Source of the DNA: an uncultured Gammaproteobacteria bacterium
GTDB lineage: Bacteria > Pseudomonadota > Gammaproteobacteria > UBA9214
Length of the DNA stretch: 64,000 nt
Direction: 5' to 3'
Assembly (NCBI GenBank): GCA_963748215.1
Contig: CAVVHS010000004.1
Coordinates: forward strand, 38,737-102,736
The notes under the pieces are model-generated. The model had not been told where the DNA came from and made no database searches. It saw nothing but the letters and a program-made list of their open reading frames with translations. Both the position numbers and the translations under genes were made by a program. Position 1 is the first letter of the stretch; each line of letters starts with the position of its first letter. Below, piece after piece: positions 23,361 through 33,252 of this stretch.

Positions 23361-23591
23361 CTACGCTTTACGTGCATCAACAAGGGTATAGTCGGCGCCG
23401 CAATAGGGGCACTTGGCCTTGCCGGTTGTTTCTATAGGCAGGTAGACACGCGGGTGGGAGTCCCACAGGCTCATCCCGTCCAACGGACAATGCAGGGGCA
23501 GGTCCGCCCGGGTCACTTCGTAGTGGTTCTCGGCATTCGGCTCGACGTAGGCCTGCTCGCCGGACGCATCCGCGGTATGTGGATTTGGCAC
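23361..23591 (-). CDS. Zinc-finger (zf-CHCC) domain protein
   Basis: DLPLHCP..WDSHPRVYL..CPYCG; GGAG ribosome-binding site before a GTG start. Confidence 0.85.
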   Translation of the reverse strand: MPNPHTADASGEQAYVEPNAENHYEVTRADLPLHCPLDGMSLWDSHPRVYLPIETTGKAKCPYCGADYTLVDARKA

Positions 23592-23666
23592 TGTGTTCTC
23601 CTGCGGCCTGGCCTGCCAGGCAATGAATACCGCGCAATTATGGCATGATAGCGCGGCCGGAATCAC

Positions 23667-24068
23667 TAGCCTGCATTTCTCACCGGGATCCCGAATGCTG
23701 GCGCAGGGCTCGTATGTCCGGACGCCGCTCTGGAATGAAAGACCCGCTCGAGGCGCAGAGCAGGGGCCCCGGCGTAGCCGGGGATGCGACCGCCGGTGGG
23801 CGGGATGTCGCTTCGAATGCCACTGCGGGTCTTCGCTCCACCGGGGGTCAGATCCCCACCGCTGCGCGGCGGGGCCCCTCTTCCGCCCCTCGAAGCGATG
23901 CAGCCGTAGCTACCACTTGAGTGAAGAGCAAGTACGGGCGTGCGAGAACCAGCCAGGGCCGGGATAGGCAGCGGCCAATGACAGACTGTTCATTGCCGAA
24001 TGGGTATTAGCTTCATGGTTTCAGCTCATTACGTTGGATAACCGCCGCCCGGCGAGAAATGCGGGCTA
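23667..24068. mobile_element. MITE family E, 402-bp copy
   Basis: Ends TAGCCTGCATTTCTCACCGGG / CCCGGCGAGAAATGCGGGCTA; full-length inverted homologue at 56585-57039. Confidence 0.85.
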
Positions 24069-24167
24069 GCTGCCGGCATTGCGCCCAACCGGGCTGTATA
24101 ATCGCCTGCGGCAATAAAATCAGGCCCATAGCGGAACGCACCCGACCCCTGGACCAACCATACAGGC

Positions 24168-25913
24168 ATGGACAGACCGACCACCACCCGAGAGCTGTAC
24201 ACGCGCCTGCTGCGCTACGTCGTGCCGTACTGGAAGGTATTTCTGCTGGCGATCGTCAGCATCATGGTACTGGCCGCCACCGAACCGGCCATCCCGGCGC
24301 TGATGAAACCGCTGCTGGACGGCAGCTTTATCAAAAAGGATCCGGACACCATACGGCTCATGCCGGTCCTGCTGATCCTGCTGTTCCTGGTGCGTGGTGT
24401 TTCCAACTACATCAGCTCGGTCTCGCTCAGCTGGGTGTCCGGCAAGGTGATCAAGGACCTGCGCACGGATATGTTCAGCCGGCTGCTGACACTGCCCAGC
24501 CGCTTCTACGACGACAACCCGACCGGCACGCTGATTTCGAAGATCACCTTCAACGTGGAACAGGTCGCGGCTGCTGCCAGCGAGTCGCTGCTGATCATGG
24601 TGCGCGATACCCTGTCGGTGATCGGGCTGCTGGCCCTGATGGCCTGGATCAACTGGCAGCTGTCGGTGATCTTTTTCGTCGTGGCGCCCGCCATCGGCAT
24701 TGTGGTGAAACTGATGAGCGGCCGCCTGCGCCGGCTCAGCACCTTCCTGCAGCAGTCCATGGGCGATATGACCAATGTCGTCGAAGAGGCGATCAAGGGC
24801 AATCGTGTGGTCAAGCTGTTCGGCGGCCAGGACTACGAAAACAAACGCTTCGATACCATCACCAACCGCGTGCGCCACATGAATCTGAAGATCATCGCAA
24901 CCTCGGCCGCCAATGTTCCCGCCGTGCAGATGATCGCGGTCATCGCACTGGCCATCATGATCTACATCGCGTCGTCACAGACCCTGGAGAACGAATTCAC
25001 GGTAGGCAGTTTCATCTCGTTCTTCGGCGCCATGGGGCTGCTGTTTTCGCCCATCAAGCGCCTGACCAAGGTCAACGAGCAGCTGCAGCGCGGCATGGCG
25101 GCATCGCAGTCCATCTTCGAGTTGCTGGAACAGCCGCCGGAACCGGAGACCGGTAACCTGCGCATGCCCGCTATCCGGGGCGCCCTCTCGTTCCGCCACG
25201 TCAGCCTGCGCTACGACACCGACAAGATCGCGGCACTGGACGATGTCAGCCTGGACATCGAACCCGGCGAAACGGTCGCGCTGGTCGGCAAGTCCGGCAG
25301 CGGCAAGTCCAGCCTGGCCGCGCTGGTACCGCGTTTCTACCAGCCGACCGGCGGACAGATTCTGCTGGATGGCGAAGACCTGCAGGACGTGAACCTCGCC
25401 GACCTGCGCGCCGGTATCGCGCTGGTGAACCAGGACATCGTGCTGTTCAACGATACCATCGCGGCCAATATCGCCTACGGCAGCATGCGCGGCGCGGACC
25501 GCGCGGCAATCACCGCCGCGGCCGAGGCCGCCCATGCCATGGAGTTCATCAGCATGCTGCCGGACGGCATGGAAACGCTGATCGGCGAAAACGGCGCGCG
25601 CCTGTCCGGCGGCCAGCGCCAGCGACTGGCCATCGCGCGCGCCCTGCTGAAGGATGCGCCGGTCCTGATCCTGGACGAGGCGACCTCCGCGCTGGACACC
25701 GAATCGGAACGGCATGTGCAGGTCGCACTGGAAACCCTCATGCGGGGGCGCACGTCACTCATAATCGCGCACCGCCTGTCCACCATCGAACACGCCGACC
25801 GCATCGTGGTACTGGATCAGGGCCGTGTCGTGGAAAGCGGTTCACACCGCGAGCTGCTCGACCGGAGCGGCGCCTACTGGCGGCTGTACAATTCGCAGCT
25901 CAGTCAGAACTAG
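24168..25913 (+). CDS. msbA: Lipid A export ABC transporter MsbA
   Basis: Six TM segments plus NBD: GKSGSGKS, LSGGQRQR, ILDEATSALD, IAHRLSTI. Confidence 0.93.
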   Translation: MDRPTTTRELYTRLLRYVVPYWKVFLLAIVSIMVLAATEPAIPALMKPLLDGSFIKKDPDTIRLMPVLLILLFLVRGVSNYISSVSLSWVSGKVIKDLRTDMFSRLLTLPSRFYDDNPTGTLISKITFNVEQVAAAASESLLIMVRDTLSVIGLLALMAWINWQLSVIFFVVAPAIGIVVKLMSGRLRRLSTFLQQSMGDMTNVVEEAIKGNRVVKLFGGQDYENKRFDTITNRVRHMNLKIIATSAANVPAVQMIAVIALAIMIYIASSQTLENEFTVGSFISFFGAMGLLFSPIKRLTKVNEQLQRGMAASQSIFELLEQPPEPETGNLRMPAIRGALSFRHVSLRYDTDKIAALDDVSLDIEPGETVALVGKSGSGKSSLAALVPRFYQPTGGQILLDGEDLQDVNLADLRAGIALVNQDIVLFNDTIAANIAYGSMRGADRAAITAAAEAAHAMEFISMLPDGMETLIGENGARLSGGQRQRLAIARALLKDAPVLILDEATSALDTESERHVQVALETLMRGRTSLIIAHRLSTIEHADRIVVLDQGRVVESGSHRELLDRSGAYWRLYNSQLSQN

Positions 25914-25920
25914 ACCGGGA

Positions 25921-26780
25921 ACCTCGCGCAGAGGCGCGGAGATGCATGGAAATGACAAATCCACGCTACGGAGGGCGCAGAGTACACAGTGCCGATTTAT
26001 ACCCTGCAGGATGCGGTGAGCCAGCGAACCGCATCGGTTAATCCACGTTTCCCCGACTGAAAGCTCTGAACTGCAGGGTGCTTTGTACACGCCGGCATTG
26101 GATGTTCCCGTGTTGACCCTCGGGTTCCGTGGCCATATTCATCGCGCATGAGATGCGCTCCTACAAGAAGACGTCCTGCATTCTCTTTTTCCGTGTTCTT
26201 CCGTAGGTTCCGTGGCCATTATCCATCGCACCCGTCATTCACGTTTCACCTTTCACGTCTCACGCCATGTTGCACTTCATGAGCCATTTACGGTGCGTAA
26301 AGCGCACCCTACATATTCATTTCCGTGTTCTTCCGTGAATTCCGTGGCCATTGAAGATGCAGGGTACGTATGACGTACCGGAAGCGGTGCACGGAGTGCA
26401 CCCTACAAAACTGTCCACCTGCAGATGCACCGGCAGGCGTAGGGTACGTTCCACGCACCGGCATTGGATTTTTCCGTGTTCTTCCGTGGGTTCCGTGGCC
26501 ATTCAATATGCAGGGTGCGGGTGACGTACCGAAATCGGCGCACAGAGTGCCCCCTGCATCCTCTCCACATCCTGCGTGCTGCTGTCGGCCGGGGAGAAGA
26601 ATATAAACCAATGCGTTACGATTGAGGTTTATATTTTTCCGTGTTCTTCCGTGTGGTTCCGTGGCCATTAGCGATGCAGGGTACGGGTGAATTACCGGAA
26701 ACGATGCACGAAGTGCACCCTACAAAACCGTAGGGTGCGTTCCACGCACCGGAAATGGTGCACAGAGCGCACCCTGCATT
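25921..26780. repeat. Mosaic repeat cluster (five same-orientation C repeats interleaved with REP-A, REP-B doublets and heptamers)
   Basis: TTCCGTGTTCTTCCGTG..TTCCGTGGCCAT near 26105, 26188, 26320, 26470 and 26636; GTAGGGTGC/GCACCCTAC arms between them. Confidence 0.88.
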
Positions 26781-26814
26781 CTGACGCGAGATTAATTTTG
26801 CGAACTCGACGCGA

Positions 26815-27735
26815 CTAGACCACCGACAGCCAGTTCGCGTACTTGTCGAGCCGGCCGTGCACCACGTCGAAATACAGTGACTGCAGGCGCGTGGTGACCG
26901 GGCCGCGCGTGCCGCTGCCGATGACGCGATTATCGACTTCACGGATCGGCGTGACCTCCGCCGCTGTACCGGTGAAGAAGGCCTCGTCGGCCAGGTAGAC
27001 CTCGTCACGCGTGATGCGCTTTTCGCGCAACACATAGCCTTCGTCCGCCGCCAGCCGGCCAATGGTGTCGCGGGTGATTCCTTCAAGCGCCGAGGTCAGG
27101 TCAGGTGTATAGATGACATTGTCACGCACGATGAAGATGTTTTCGCCGCTGCCCTCGGCCACGAAGCCGTCCACGTCCAGCAGCATGGCCTCGTCGTAAC
27201 CGGAGGTCAGGGCCTCGTTCAGCGCCAGCATGGAATTGATGTAATGACCGTTGGCCTTCGCCTTGCACATGGTGATGTTGACGTGGTGGCGGGTATAGGA
27301 CGAGGTCTTGATGCGGATGCCTTTCTCCATGTTCTCGGCACCCAGGTAGGCACCCCATTCCCACGCGGCGACGATGCCATGCACCTTGAGGTTGTCCGCG
27401 CGCAGACCCATGCCTTCCGAACCGTAGAAAAACATCGGGCGGATGTAGGCAGACTCGAGCTTGTTTTCGCGCACCACGGTGCGATGCGCCTCGGCCAGCG
27501 TCGGCTGATCCCAGGGCACCGGCATCCTCATGATATGCGCGGAGCCGTATAGCCGTTTCATGTGCTCGGGCAGACGGAAAATCGCGGTGCCCTGCTCGGC
27601 ACGGTAGGCACGCACGCCCTCGAACACGCCCATGCCGTAATGCAGGGTATGGGTCAGCACATGCACCTGCGCCTCGCGCCAGGGCACCAGCTGCCCGTCC
27701 ATCCAGATGACGCCGTCGCGGTCAGACATTGACAT
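26815..27735 (-). CDS. ilvE: Branched-chain amino acid aminotransferase
   Basis: THTLHYGMGVFEG, KAKANGHY, EGSGENIF, FFTGTAAEVTP. Confidence 0.97.
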   Translation of the reverse strand: MSMSDRDGVIWMDGQLVPWREAQVHVLTHTLHYGMGVFEGVRAYRAEQGTAIFRLPEHMKRLYGSAHIMRMPVPWDQPTLAEAHRTVVRENKLESAYIRPMFFYGSEGMGLRADNLKVHGIVAAWEWGAYLGAENMEKGIRIKTSSYTRHHVNITMCKAKANGHYINSMLALNEALTSGYDEAMLLDVDGFVAEGSGENIFIVRDNVIYTPDLTSALEGITRDTIGRLAADEGYVLREKRITRDEVYLADEAFFTGTAAEVTPIREVDNRVIGSGTRGPVTTRLQSLYFDVVHGRLDKYANWLSVV

Positions 27736-27766
27736 ACGAAATTCTCTCCGAAGTAGCTAACTTACC

Positions 27767-27857
27767 GTGAAACGTGAGACGTGAAACAAACCACGCAAAT
27801 CCTGCAGGTTGAATACCAGGCTCGGGCCTTAACACCTTTCACCTTTCACGTTTCACG
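27767..27857. repeat. Inverted pair of GTGA(A/G)A(C/G) heptamer arrays
   Basis: GTGAAAC GTGAGAC GTGAAAC ... CACCTTTCACCTTTCACGTTTCACG; overlaps the glnE stop codon. Confidence 0.8.
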
Positions 27858-30771
27858 CCTCGCCCATCACCTGTTGCCAGATCCGGCACACCGTCGCGCG
27901 CTCATCCACCAGTTCGTCCTGGCCGACCAGCGCCGGCGCATCCTGCAGCACCCGGTGGTTGATCCGCTCGCGCAGGACAGAATAGGCGTTTGACAGGTCC
28001 TCGACATTCTGCGCGGGCAGCACACCGATATCGCCGATGACCCGCAACAGGCCAAGCGTCGCGGTCGGACGCAACAGCACACCATGCTCGCCGGACCAGC
28101 GCAGGACCATGAATTGAACCATAAATTCGATATCAACGATACCGCCTGGTCCGTGCTTCAGATCAAACCTGTCGGCCGTGGTCTTGTCCAGCTCCTGGCG
28201 CATGCGCCGGCGCATGTCGGCCACCTCGGTCTGCAAGCCCTGCGCATCCCGTGACCGCGCCAGCACCCCGTTGCGTATGCGCTCGAACCGGCGGGTGATT
28301 TCGCTGCTGCCGACCACCACGCGCGCGCGGATCAGCGCCTGGTTTTCCCAGGTCCAGGCGCTGCCCTGCTGGTAGTCGTCGAACGCCTCCATGCTGCTGA
28401 CCAGCAGGCCGGAATTTCCGTTCGGACGCAGCCGCATGTCGACCTCGTAGAGCACCCCTGCCGCAGTAAAGGTATTGAGGATGTGGATGATGCGCTGGCT
28501 GAGGCGGGTGAAGAACTCCGTGTTGTCGATGACCCGGGGACCGGCAGTGTGCTGCTCGCTGCCGGTGCTGTCATGCAGGAACACGATATCCAGGTCCGAG
28601 CCATATCCCAGCTCGTAGCCACCCAGCTTGCCGTAACCGACGATGGCAAAACCTGCTGCGCACAGCTTGCCATGGCTCAGGTATGCCGGCCGGCCATAGC
28701 GGTCAACCTGGTGGTTCCAGGCCAGCGCCATCACCGTCTCGAGCACCACTTCCGCGATCTCCGTCAGGTGGTCGGCCACGCGCGTCACCGGCAGTCCGGC
28801 GATGATATCGGACGCCGCCACGTGCAGCATGGCGGCCTGGCGGAACTGCCGCAGCTGGTCCATCTGCTGTTCGAGGTCGTTGGCCGGTATCCCGTCCATG
28901 CGCGCCTGCAGCTCGTCACGCAGCCCGTCCTTGTCGAGCGGATCGAACAGGGCGCGCGGATCGAGTAATTCGTCGAGCAGGATCGGATGCTGGGCCAGCA
29001 GGGCCGCGATCCAGCTGCTGGCGGCACACAACCGGGCCAGCAGCGTGAGCGCCGCCGGATGCTCGACCAGCAGCGACAGGTAGGTGGTACGTCCGGCGAC
29101 GGCTTCCAGCAATGCGCCCATGCGCTTGAGCACCTCCGGCGCCTGCGCACTGCCGGACGCGGCATTCAGTACCAGCGGCATCAGTTCGTCGAGCCGTCGC
29201 CGGCCCTGTTCGCCGAGGAATCGCGATACCGGCCCCTTGCGGAACTGGGTCAGCCATTGCAGCACCGCATCGCCCTTCGGGTAGCCGGCATTTTTCAGCA
29301 GGCGCACGGCATGCACGTCATCGACGGCCTTGCTCCAGACATCGCCCATGCCGCGCGTCCGGTCGCGCTGCTGTTCCTCGACCCGTTCGCGCGGCGCGGC
29401 AAAGACCTGCTCGAAATGCTCCTGCACCAGGCTGCGATGCCGGGCAAGTTCGTGCGCGAAACCGTCCCAGTCGGGAAAACCCATGGCGAACGCCAGCCGC
29501 ACACGCCCCAGGTCGTCCTCCGGCAATGCATGCACCTGGCGGTCCTCCCAGGCCTGCAGGCGATTCTCGGTGCGACGCAGAAATACATAGGCCTCGGCCA
29601 GCTGTCGGGTCACGGACTCCGGCAGGTAGCCGAGCGTGGCGAGCGCATCGAGGATCACCAGCACGCTGCGCTGCTGCAGGACCGGTTCGCGCCCGCCCCG
29701 CACCAACTGGAAGGCCTGCACGATGAACTCGATTTCACGAATACCGCCCGGGCCGAGCTTGATGTTGTCCTGCATGCCCTTGCGCTCGACCTCGCGGATG
29801 ATCTGTTCCTTGAGACTGCGCAGCGAATCGAACGCGCCGAAGTCGAGGTAACGGCGGTAGACGAACGGCTTCAGCAGTTCCATCAGGCGTGCACTGGCCT
29901 GCTTTGGTCCGGCCACAGGCCGCGCCTTGATCATGGCGTAACGTTCCCATTCACGGCCCTGCAGCTGGTAGTAATCCGCCATTGCGTCGAAGCTGGCGGC
30001 CAGCGGCCCGCTGTCACCATAGGGACGCAGGCGCATGTCGACCCGGAACACGAAGCCGTGAGCCGTCTTCTGGTCCAGCACGCGAATCAGCTGCCGACCC
30101 AGGCGCAGGTAGAACTCGTCCGCACTCTCGTGACGCCGGTGCCATGCCGCGTTCACGTCAGGGTAGGCGAAGATCAGGTCGATATCGGAAGAAAAATTGA
30201 GCTCGTGCGCACCGAGCTTGCCCATGCCCAGCACCACCAGGGAGGGCGTGAGCTGTTTTGCGGTCGCGCCCGCCTGCCGCACGGCCCAGGGATTGATCCG
30301 TTCCAGGGCGCCGCTGACACAGGCATCCGCCAGTGCGCTCAGATCGCGCAGCACCTCGCCGAGCGGCGCCCAGCCGGCCAGGTCGCGACAGGCGATGCGC
30401 AGCATCTCCTGTTGCCGGAATTCGCGCAATATTCGTGACAGGGCAGTCTCATCCCTGGCGTCCTGCAATGCCAGTGCCAGCTTCTGCGCCGTTTCGCCGG
30501 GCGCGTAATCGCCCAGCAAACAGCCGTCATCCAGCAGCCGGTAAAACACCTCCGGATTGCGCTGGCAGGCCTGTGACACGAAATCACTGCAGGCCCATAC
30601 CCGCTGCAGGGCAGCGATGAACTCCGGATGTGCGGGCGGTATGCAGCCGGCCTCGACACTGGCCTGCGTAAAGGCCTCCCAGGCCTCTTCCAGCGGCTCG
30701 CGCAGCACGTCCGGCAGGTTGCCGGACTGCTGTCGATTGATGCCTGCCGGCATGTGTCCCTTGCTCGTCAT
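27853..30771 (-). CDS. glnE: Glutamine synthetase adenylyltransferase
   Basis: Two NTase motifs (GMGKLGAHELNFSSDIDL, GYGKLGGYELGYGSDLD), VDMRLRP, KLGPGGIREIEF. Confidence 0.97.
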   Translation of the reverse strand: MTSKGHMPAGINRQQSGNLPDVLREPLEEAWEAFTQASVEAGCIPPAHPEFIAALQRVWACSDFVSQACQRNPEVFYRLLDDGCLLGDYAPGETAQKLALALQDARDETALSRILREFRQQEMLRIACRDLAGWAPLGEVLRDLSALADACVSGALERINPWAVRQAGATAKQLTPSLVVLGMGKLGAHELNFSSDIDLIFAYPDVNAAWHRRHESADEFYLRLGRQLIRVLDQKTAHGFVFRVDMRLRPYGDSGPLAASFDAMADYYQLQGREWERYAMIKARPVAGPKQASARLMELLKPFVYRRYLDFGAFDSLRSLKEQIIREVERKGMQDNIKLGPGGIREIEFIVQAFQLVRGGREPVLQQRSVLVILDALATLGYLPESVTRQLAEAYVFLRRTENRLQAWEDRQVHALPEDDLGRVRLAFAMGFPDWDGFAHELARHRSLVQEHFEQVFAAPRERVEEQQRDRTRGMGDVWSKAVDDVHAVRLLKNAGYPKGDAVLQWLTQFRKGPVSRFLGEQGRRRLDELMPLVLNAASGSAQAPEVLKRMGALLEAVAGRTTYLSLLVEHPAALTLLARLCAASSWIAALLAQHPILLDELLDPRALFDPLDKDGLRDELQARMDGIPANDLEQQMDQLRQFRQAAMLHVAASDIIAGLPVTRVADHLTEIAEVVLETVMALAWNHQVDRYGRPAYLSHGKLCAAGFAIVGYGKLGGYELGYGSDLDIVFLHDSTGSEQHTAGPRVIDNTEFFTRLSQRIIHILNTFTAAGVLYEVDMRLRPNGNSGLLVSSMEAFDDYQQGSAWTWENQALIRARVVVGSSEITRRFERIRNGVLARSRDAQGLQTEVADMRRRMRQELDKTTADRFDLKHGPGGIVDIEFMVQFMVLRWSGEHGVLLRPTATLGLLRVIGDIGVLPAQNVEDLSNAYSVLRERINHRVLQDAPALVGQDELVDERATVCRIWQQVMGEA

Positions 30772-30849
30772 TGTCGGTGTTCAAGTTTGCTGGTTCGCCA
30801 GCCGACTGTCTCGATTCGCGACAATTATATACAAGCCAAGGGGAAAGAA

Positions 30850-32130
30850 ATGGATTTCAGAGCCTATCTGGCAATGATGGTGGAAAAGGATGCATCGGAC
30901 CTGTATCTCAGCAGCGGTGCGCCGGCCAGCGCAAAGATCAACGGCAAGATGACACCACTTGAGGAACAAGCCATTACATCGGAACAAGTCAGGGAAATTG
31001 CCTGGTCGTTGATGGATGCGTCCCAGATCGAGGAATTCACTCACCGGCCGGAGATGAACCTGGCAATCTCCGAATCGGGCATCGGCAGATTTCGTGTGAA
31101 TATCTTCCGTCAGCGCAACACGGTGTCCATGGTGATCCGCAACATCAAGACCAGCATACCCGACTGGAAACTGCTTGGCCTGCCCGAGGTATTGACCCGG
31201 GTCATCATGGCCAAACGCGGACTGGTGCTGTTCGTCGGCGGCACCGGCTCGGGCAAATCGACCTCGCTGGCATCGCTGATTGACTACCGTAATACCAACA
31301 GCGCCGGCCATATCATCACCATCGAGGATCCGGTCGAGTTTGTCCATCGGCACAAGAAGTCCATTGTCAATCAGCGCGAGGTCGGCGTGGACACCGAGAG
31401 TTACGAAGACGCCCTCAAGAACACACTGCGACAGGCCCCGGATGTCATCCTGATCGGCGAGATACGCGACCGTGAGACGATGGAGCATGCGCTGGCGTTT
31501 GCCGAAACCGGGCACCTCGCCATCTCCACCCTGCACGCCAACAACGCCGATCAGGCACTTGACCGTATTATCAATTTCTTTCCCGAAGACCGTCGCAACC
31601 AGCTGCTGCTCGATCTCTCGCTCAATCTGCGCTCCTTCGTTTCACAGCGGCTGGTAAGGACTGTTGACGGCAAGCGGGCAGCGGCCGTGGAGATCCTGAT
31701 GGGCACCCCGCTGGTACAGGACATGATCCGTCGCGGCGATATCCACGAAATCAAGGAAGTCATGGAGAAATCGGAAAATGCGGGTATGCAGACCTTTGAC
31801 GGCGCCCTGTTCAGACTGGTCGAGAGTGGCAGGATATCCATCGACGAGGCCATGAAGAACGCGGACTCCCCCAACAACCTGCGCCTGCGGCTGACCCTGA
31901 ACACCGGCGAGGCAGAAGAGAGCAAGACACCCGCCGGTCTCAGCCTGATCGACCACAATGAGAGCCATGTAGAGCTCAATGAATTCGACAAGGCCCTCCG
32001 CACACTCGTCGAAACGGGCAGGATGTCGGCCGAGGAAGCCCTGATGGATGCGGACGATCCGGACAAGCTGGGTAGCGAGCTCAGCCGGCTGGATATCGGC
32101 AATGGAGATACTTCAGCCTTGCGTGCGTGA
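30850..32130 (+). CDS. PilU-like type IV pilus retraction ATPase (second paralog) with duplicated C-terminal helices
   Basis: GGTGSGKST, TIEDPVEF, LRQAPDVILIGEIRD, AETGHL..TLHAN. Confidence 0.9.
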   Translation: MDFRAYLAMMVEKDASDLYLSSGAPASAKINGKMTPLEEQAITSEQVREIAWSLMDASQIEEFTHRPEMNLAISESGIGRFRVNIFRQRNTVSMVIRNIKTSIPDWKLLGLPEVLTRVIMAKRGLVLFVGGTGSGKSTSLASLIDYRNTNSAGHIITIEDPVEFVHRHKKSIVNQREVGVDTESYEDALKNTLRQAPDVILIGEIRDRETMEHALAFAETGHLAISTLHANNADQALDRIINFFPEDRRNQLLLDLSLNLRSFVSQRLVRTVDGKRAAAVEILMGTPLVQDMIRRGDIHEIKEVMEKSENAGMQTFDGALFRLVESGRISIDEAMKNADSPNNLRLRLTLNTGEAEESKTPAGLSLIDHNESHVELNEFDKALRTLVETGRMSAEEALMDADDPDKLGSELSRLDIGNGDTSALRA

Positions 32131-32218
32131 AAGGTGAAAGGTGAAAGGTGAAAGGTGAAAGGCACGAGCATACCCGTTCAAGGTCTTACGTCTCACGATT
32201 CACATCTGACACTTGACC
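32127..32218. repeat. (GTGAAAG)x5 plus a degenerate inverted heptamer array
   Basis: Five perfect units at 32127-32161 starting on the TGA stop; TCTTACG TCTCACG ATTCACA.. at 32183-32218. Confidence 0.85.
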
Positions 32219-32273
32219 TGCATCCCGGCCAGCAATCACTATAGTGACTTGCAACACTACCTGATATGACACT

Positions 32274-33191
32274 ATGAAATTTCTGATTACAGGTGGCGCC
32301 GGCTTCATCGGCTCGCATATTGCAGAGCGCCTGCTCAGCGACGGGCACCAGGTCCGCATCCTGGACAATTTTTCCACCGGCAAACGTGAAAACATCCCGG
32401 TATCCGATGCCGTATCGGTCATCGAGGGCGACGTGGGCGACTTCAGGACGGTGCGCGAGTGGATGGATGGCATCGATATCGTCTACCACGAGGCCGCCAT
32501 CGCCTCGGTGGCCGAGACCGTTGGTAACCCGCTGGGCAGCGAACGCACCAATTATCGGGGCACCCTGAACGTACTAGAAGCGGCCCGCCAGGCCGATGTC
32601 AAACGCGTCATTTTCGCCTGCTCCGCCGCCGTCTACGGCGACCTGCCGGAGCTGCCCAAGACCGAGGACATGCCGGTCAGGCCGCTGTCGCCCTACGCGG
32701 TCGACAAGCTGGCTTCCGAGCACGCCTGCCAGGTCTATACACAGCTGTATGGGCTGGAAACGGTCGCACTGCGCTATTTCAACGTGTTCGGTCCGCGCCA
32801 GGACCCGTCCTCGCCCTATTCCGGTGTTATCTCCATATTCGCGGACCGGATCAGCCAGGGCAGGCAGCCGTCCATCTTCGGCGACGGCGAGCAGACCCGT
32901 GACTTCGTCTATGTTGCCGACGTGGTGGAGGCCAATATCCGCGCGGCGCGCGCGCCAGCCGCGGCCGGTCAGGCCATCAACGTGGCCACCGGCTCGACCA
33001 TTACCATCAACGAGTTGCTGCGCACCGTGTGCCGCATCCAGGGCCAGTCCTTCGACCCGGTCTATCAACCGGCCCGGGAGGGCGATATCCGCCATTCCTG
33101 CGCCGATATCAGCCGTGCCGGGACACTGCTGGACTGGGCACCCCGCGTGGATTTCGAAACCGGCCTGCGCAGGCTGTTCGAGAGCGAATAG
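32274..33191 (+). CDS. NAD-dependent NDP-sugar 4-epimerase (WbpP/GalE-like SDR)
   Basis: TGGAGFIGSH, SPYAVDK, RYFNVFGPRQDP, GDGEQTRDF. Confidence 0.9.
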   Translation: MKFLITGGAGFIGSHIAERLLSDGHQVRILDNFSTGKRENIPVSDAVSVIEGDVGDFRTVREWMDGIDIVYHEAAIASVAETVGNPLGSERTNYRGTLNVLEAARQADVKRVIFACSAAVYGDLPELPKTEDMPVRPLSPYAVDKLASEHACQVYTQLYGLETVALRYFNVFGPRQDPSSPYSGVISIFADRISQGRQPSIFGDGEQTRDFVYVADVVEANIRAARAPAAAGQAINVATGSTITINELLRTVCRIQGQSFDPVYQPAREGDIRHSCADISRAGTLLDWAPRVDFETGLRRLFESE

Positions 33192-33252
33192 CCACCCGGC
33201 ACGATGCAGCGAGCCGCGTATCAGCGGCCCGTTTGCGGCTATAATCGGCGCC

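Noticed and set aside
21373-23391. Long antisense or overlapping ORFs (e.g. 672 aa here, 121-1119, 28987-30438, 45956-47212, 57037-58449)
   Set aside because: Shadow frames of well-supported genes in GC-rich DNA, with no family motifs.
26100-26670. Five direct C repeats as a CRISPR array
   Set aside because: Spacing is irregular (about 80-170 bp), the intervening DNA is made of other repeats, and there are no cas genes or leader.
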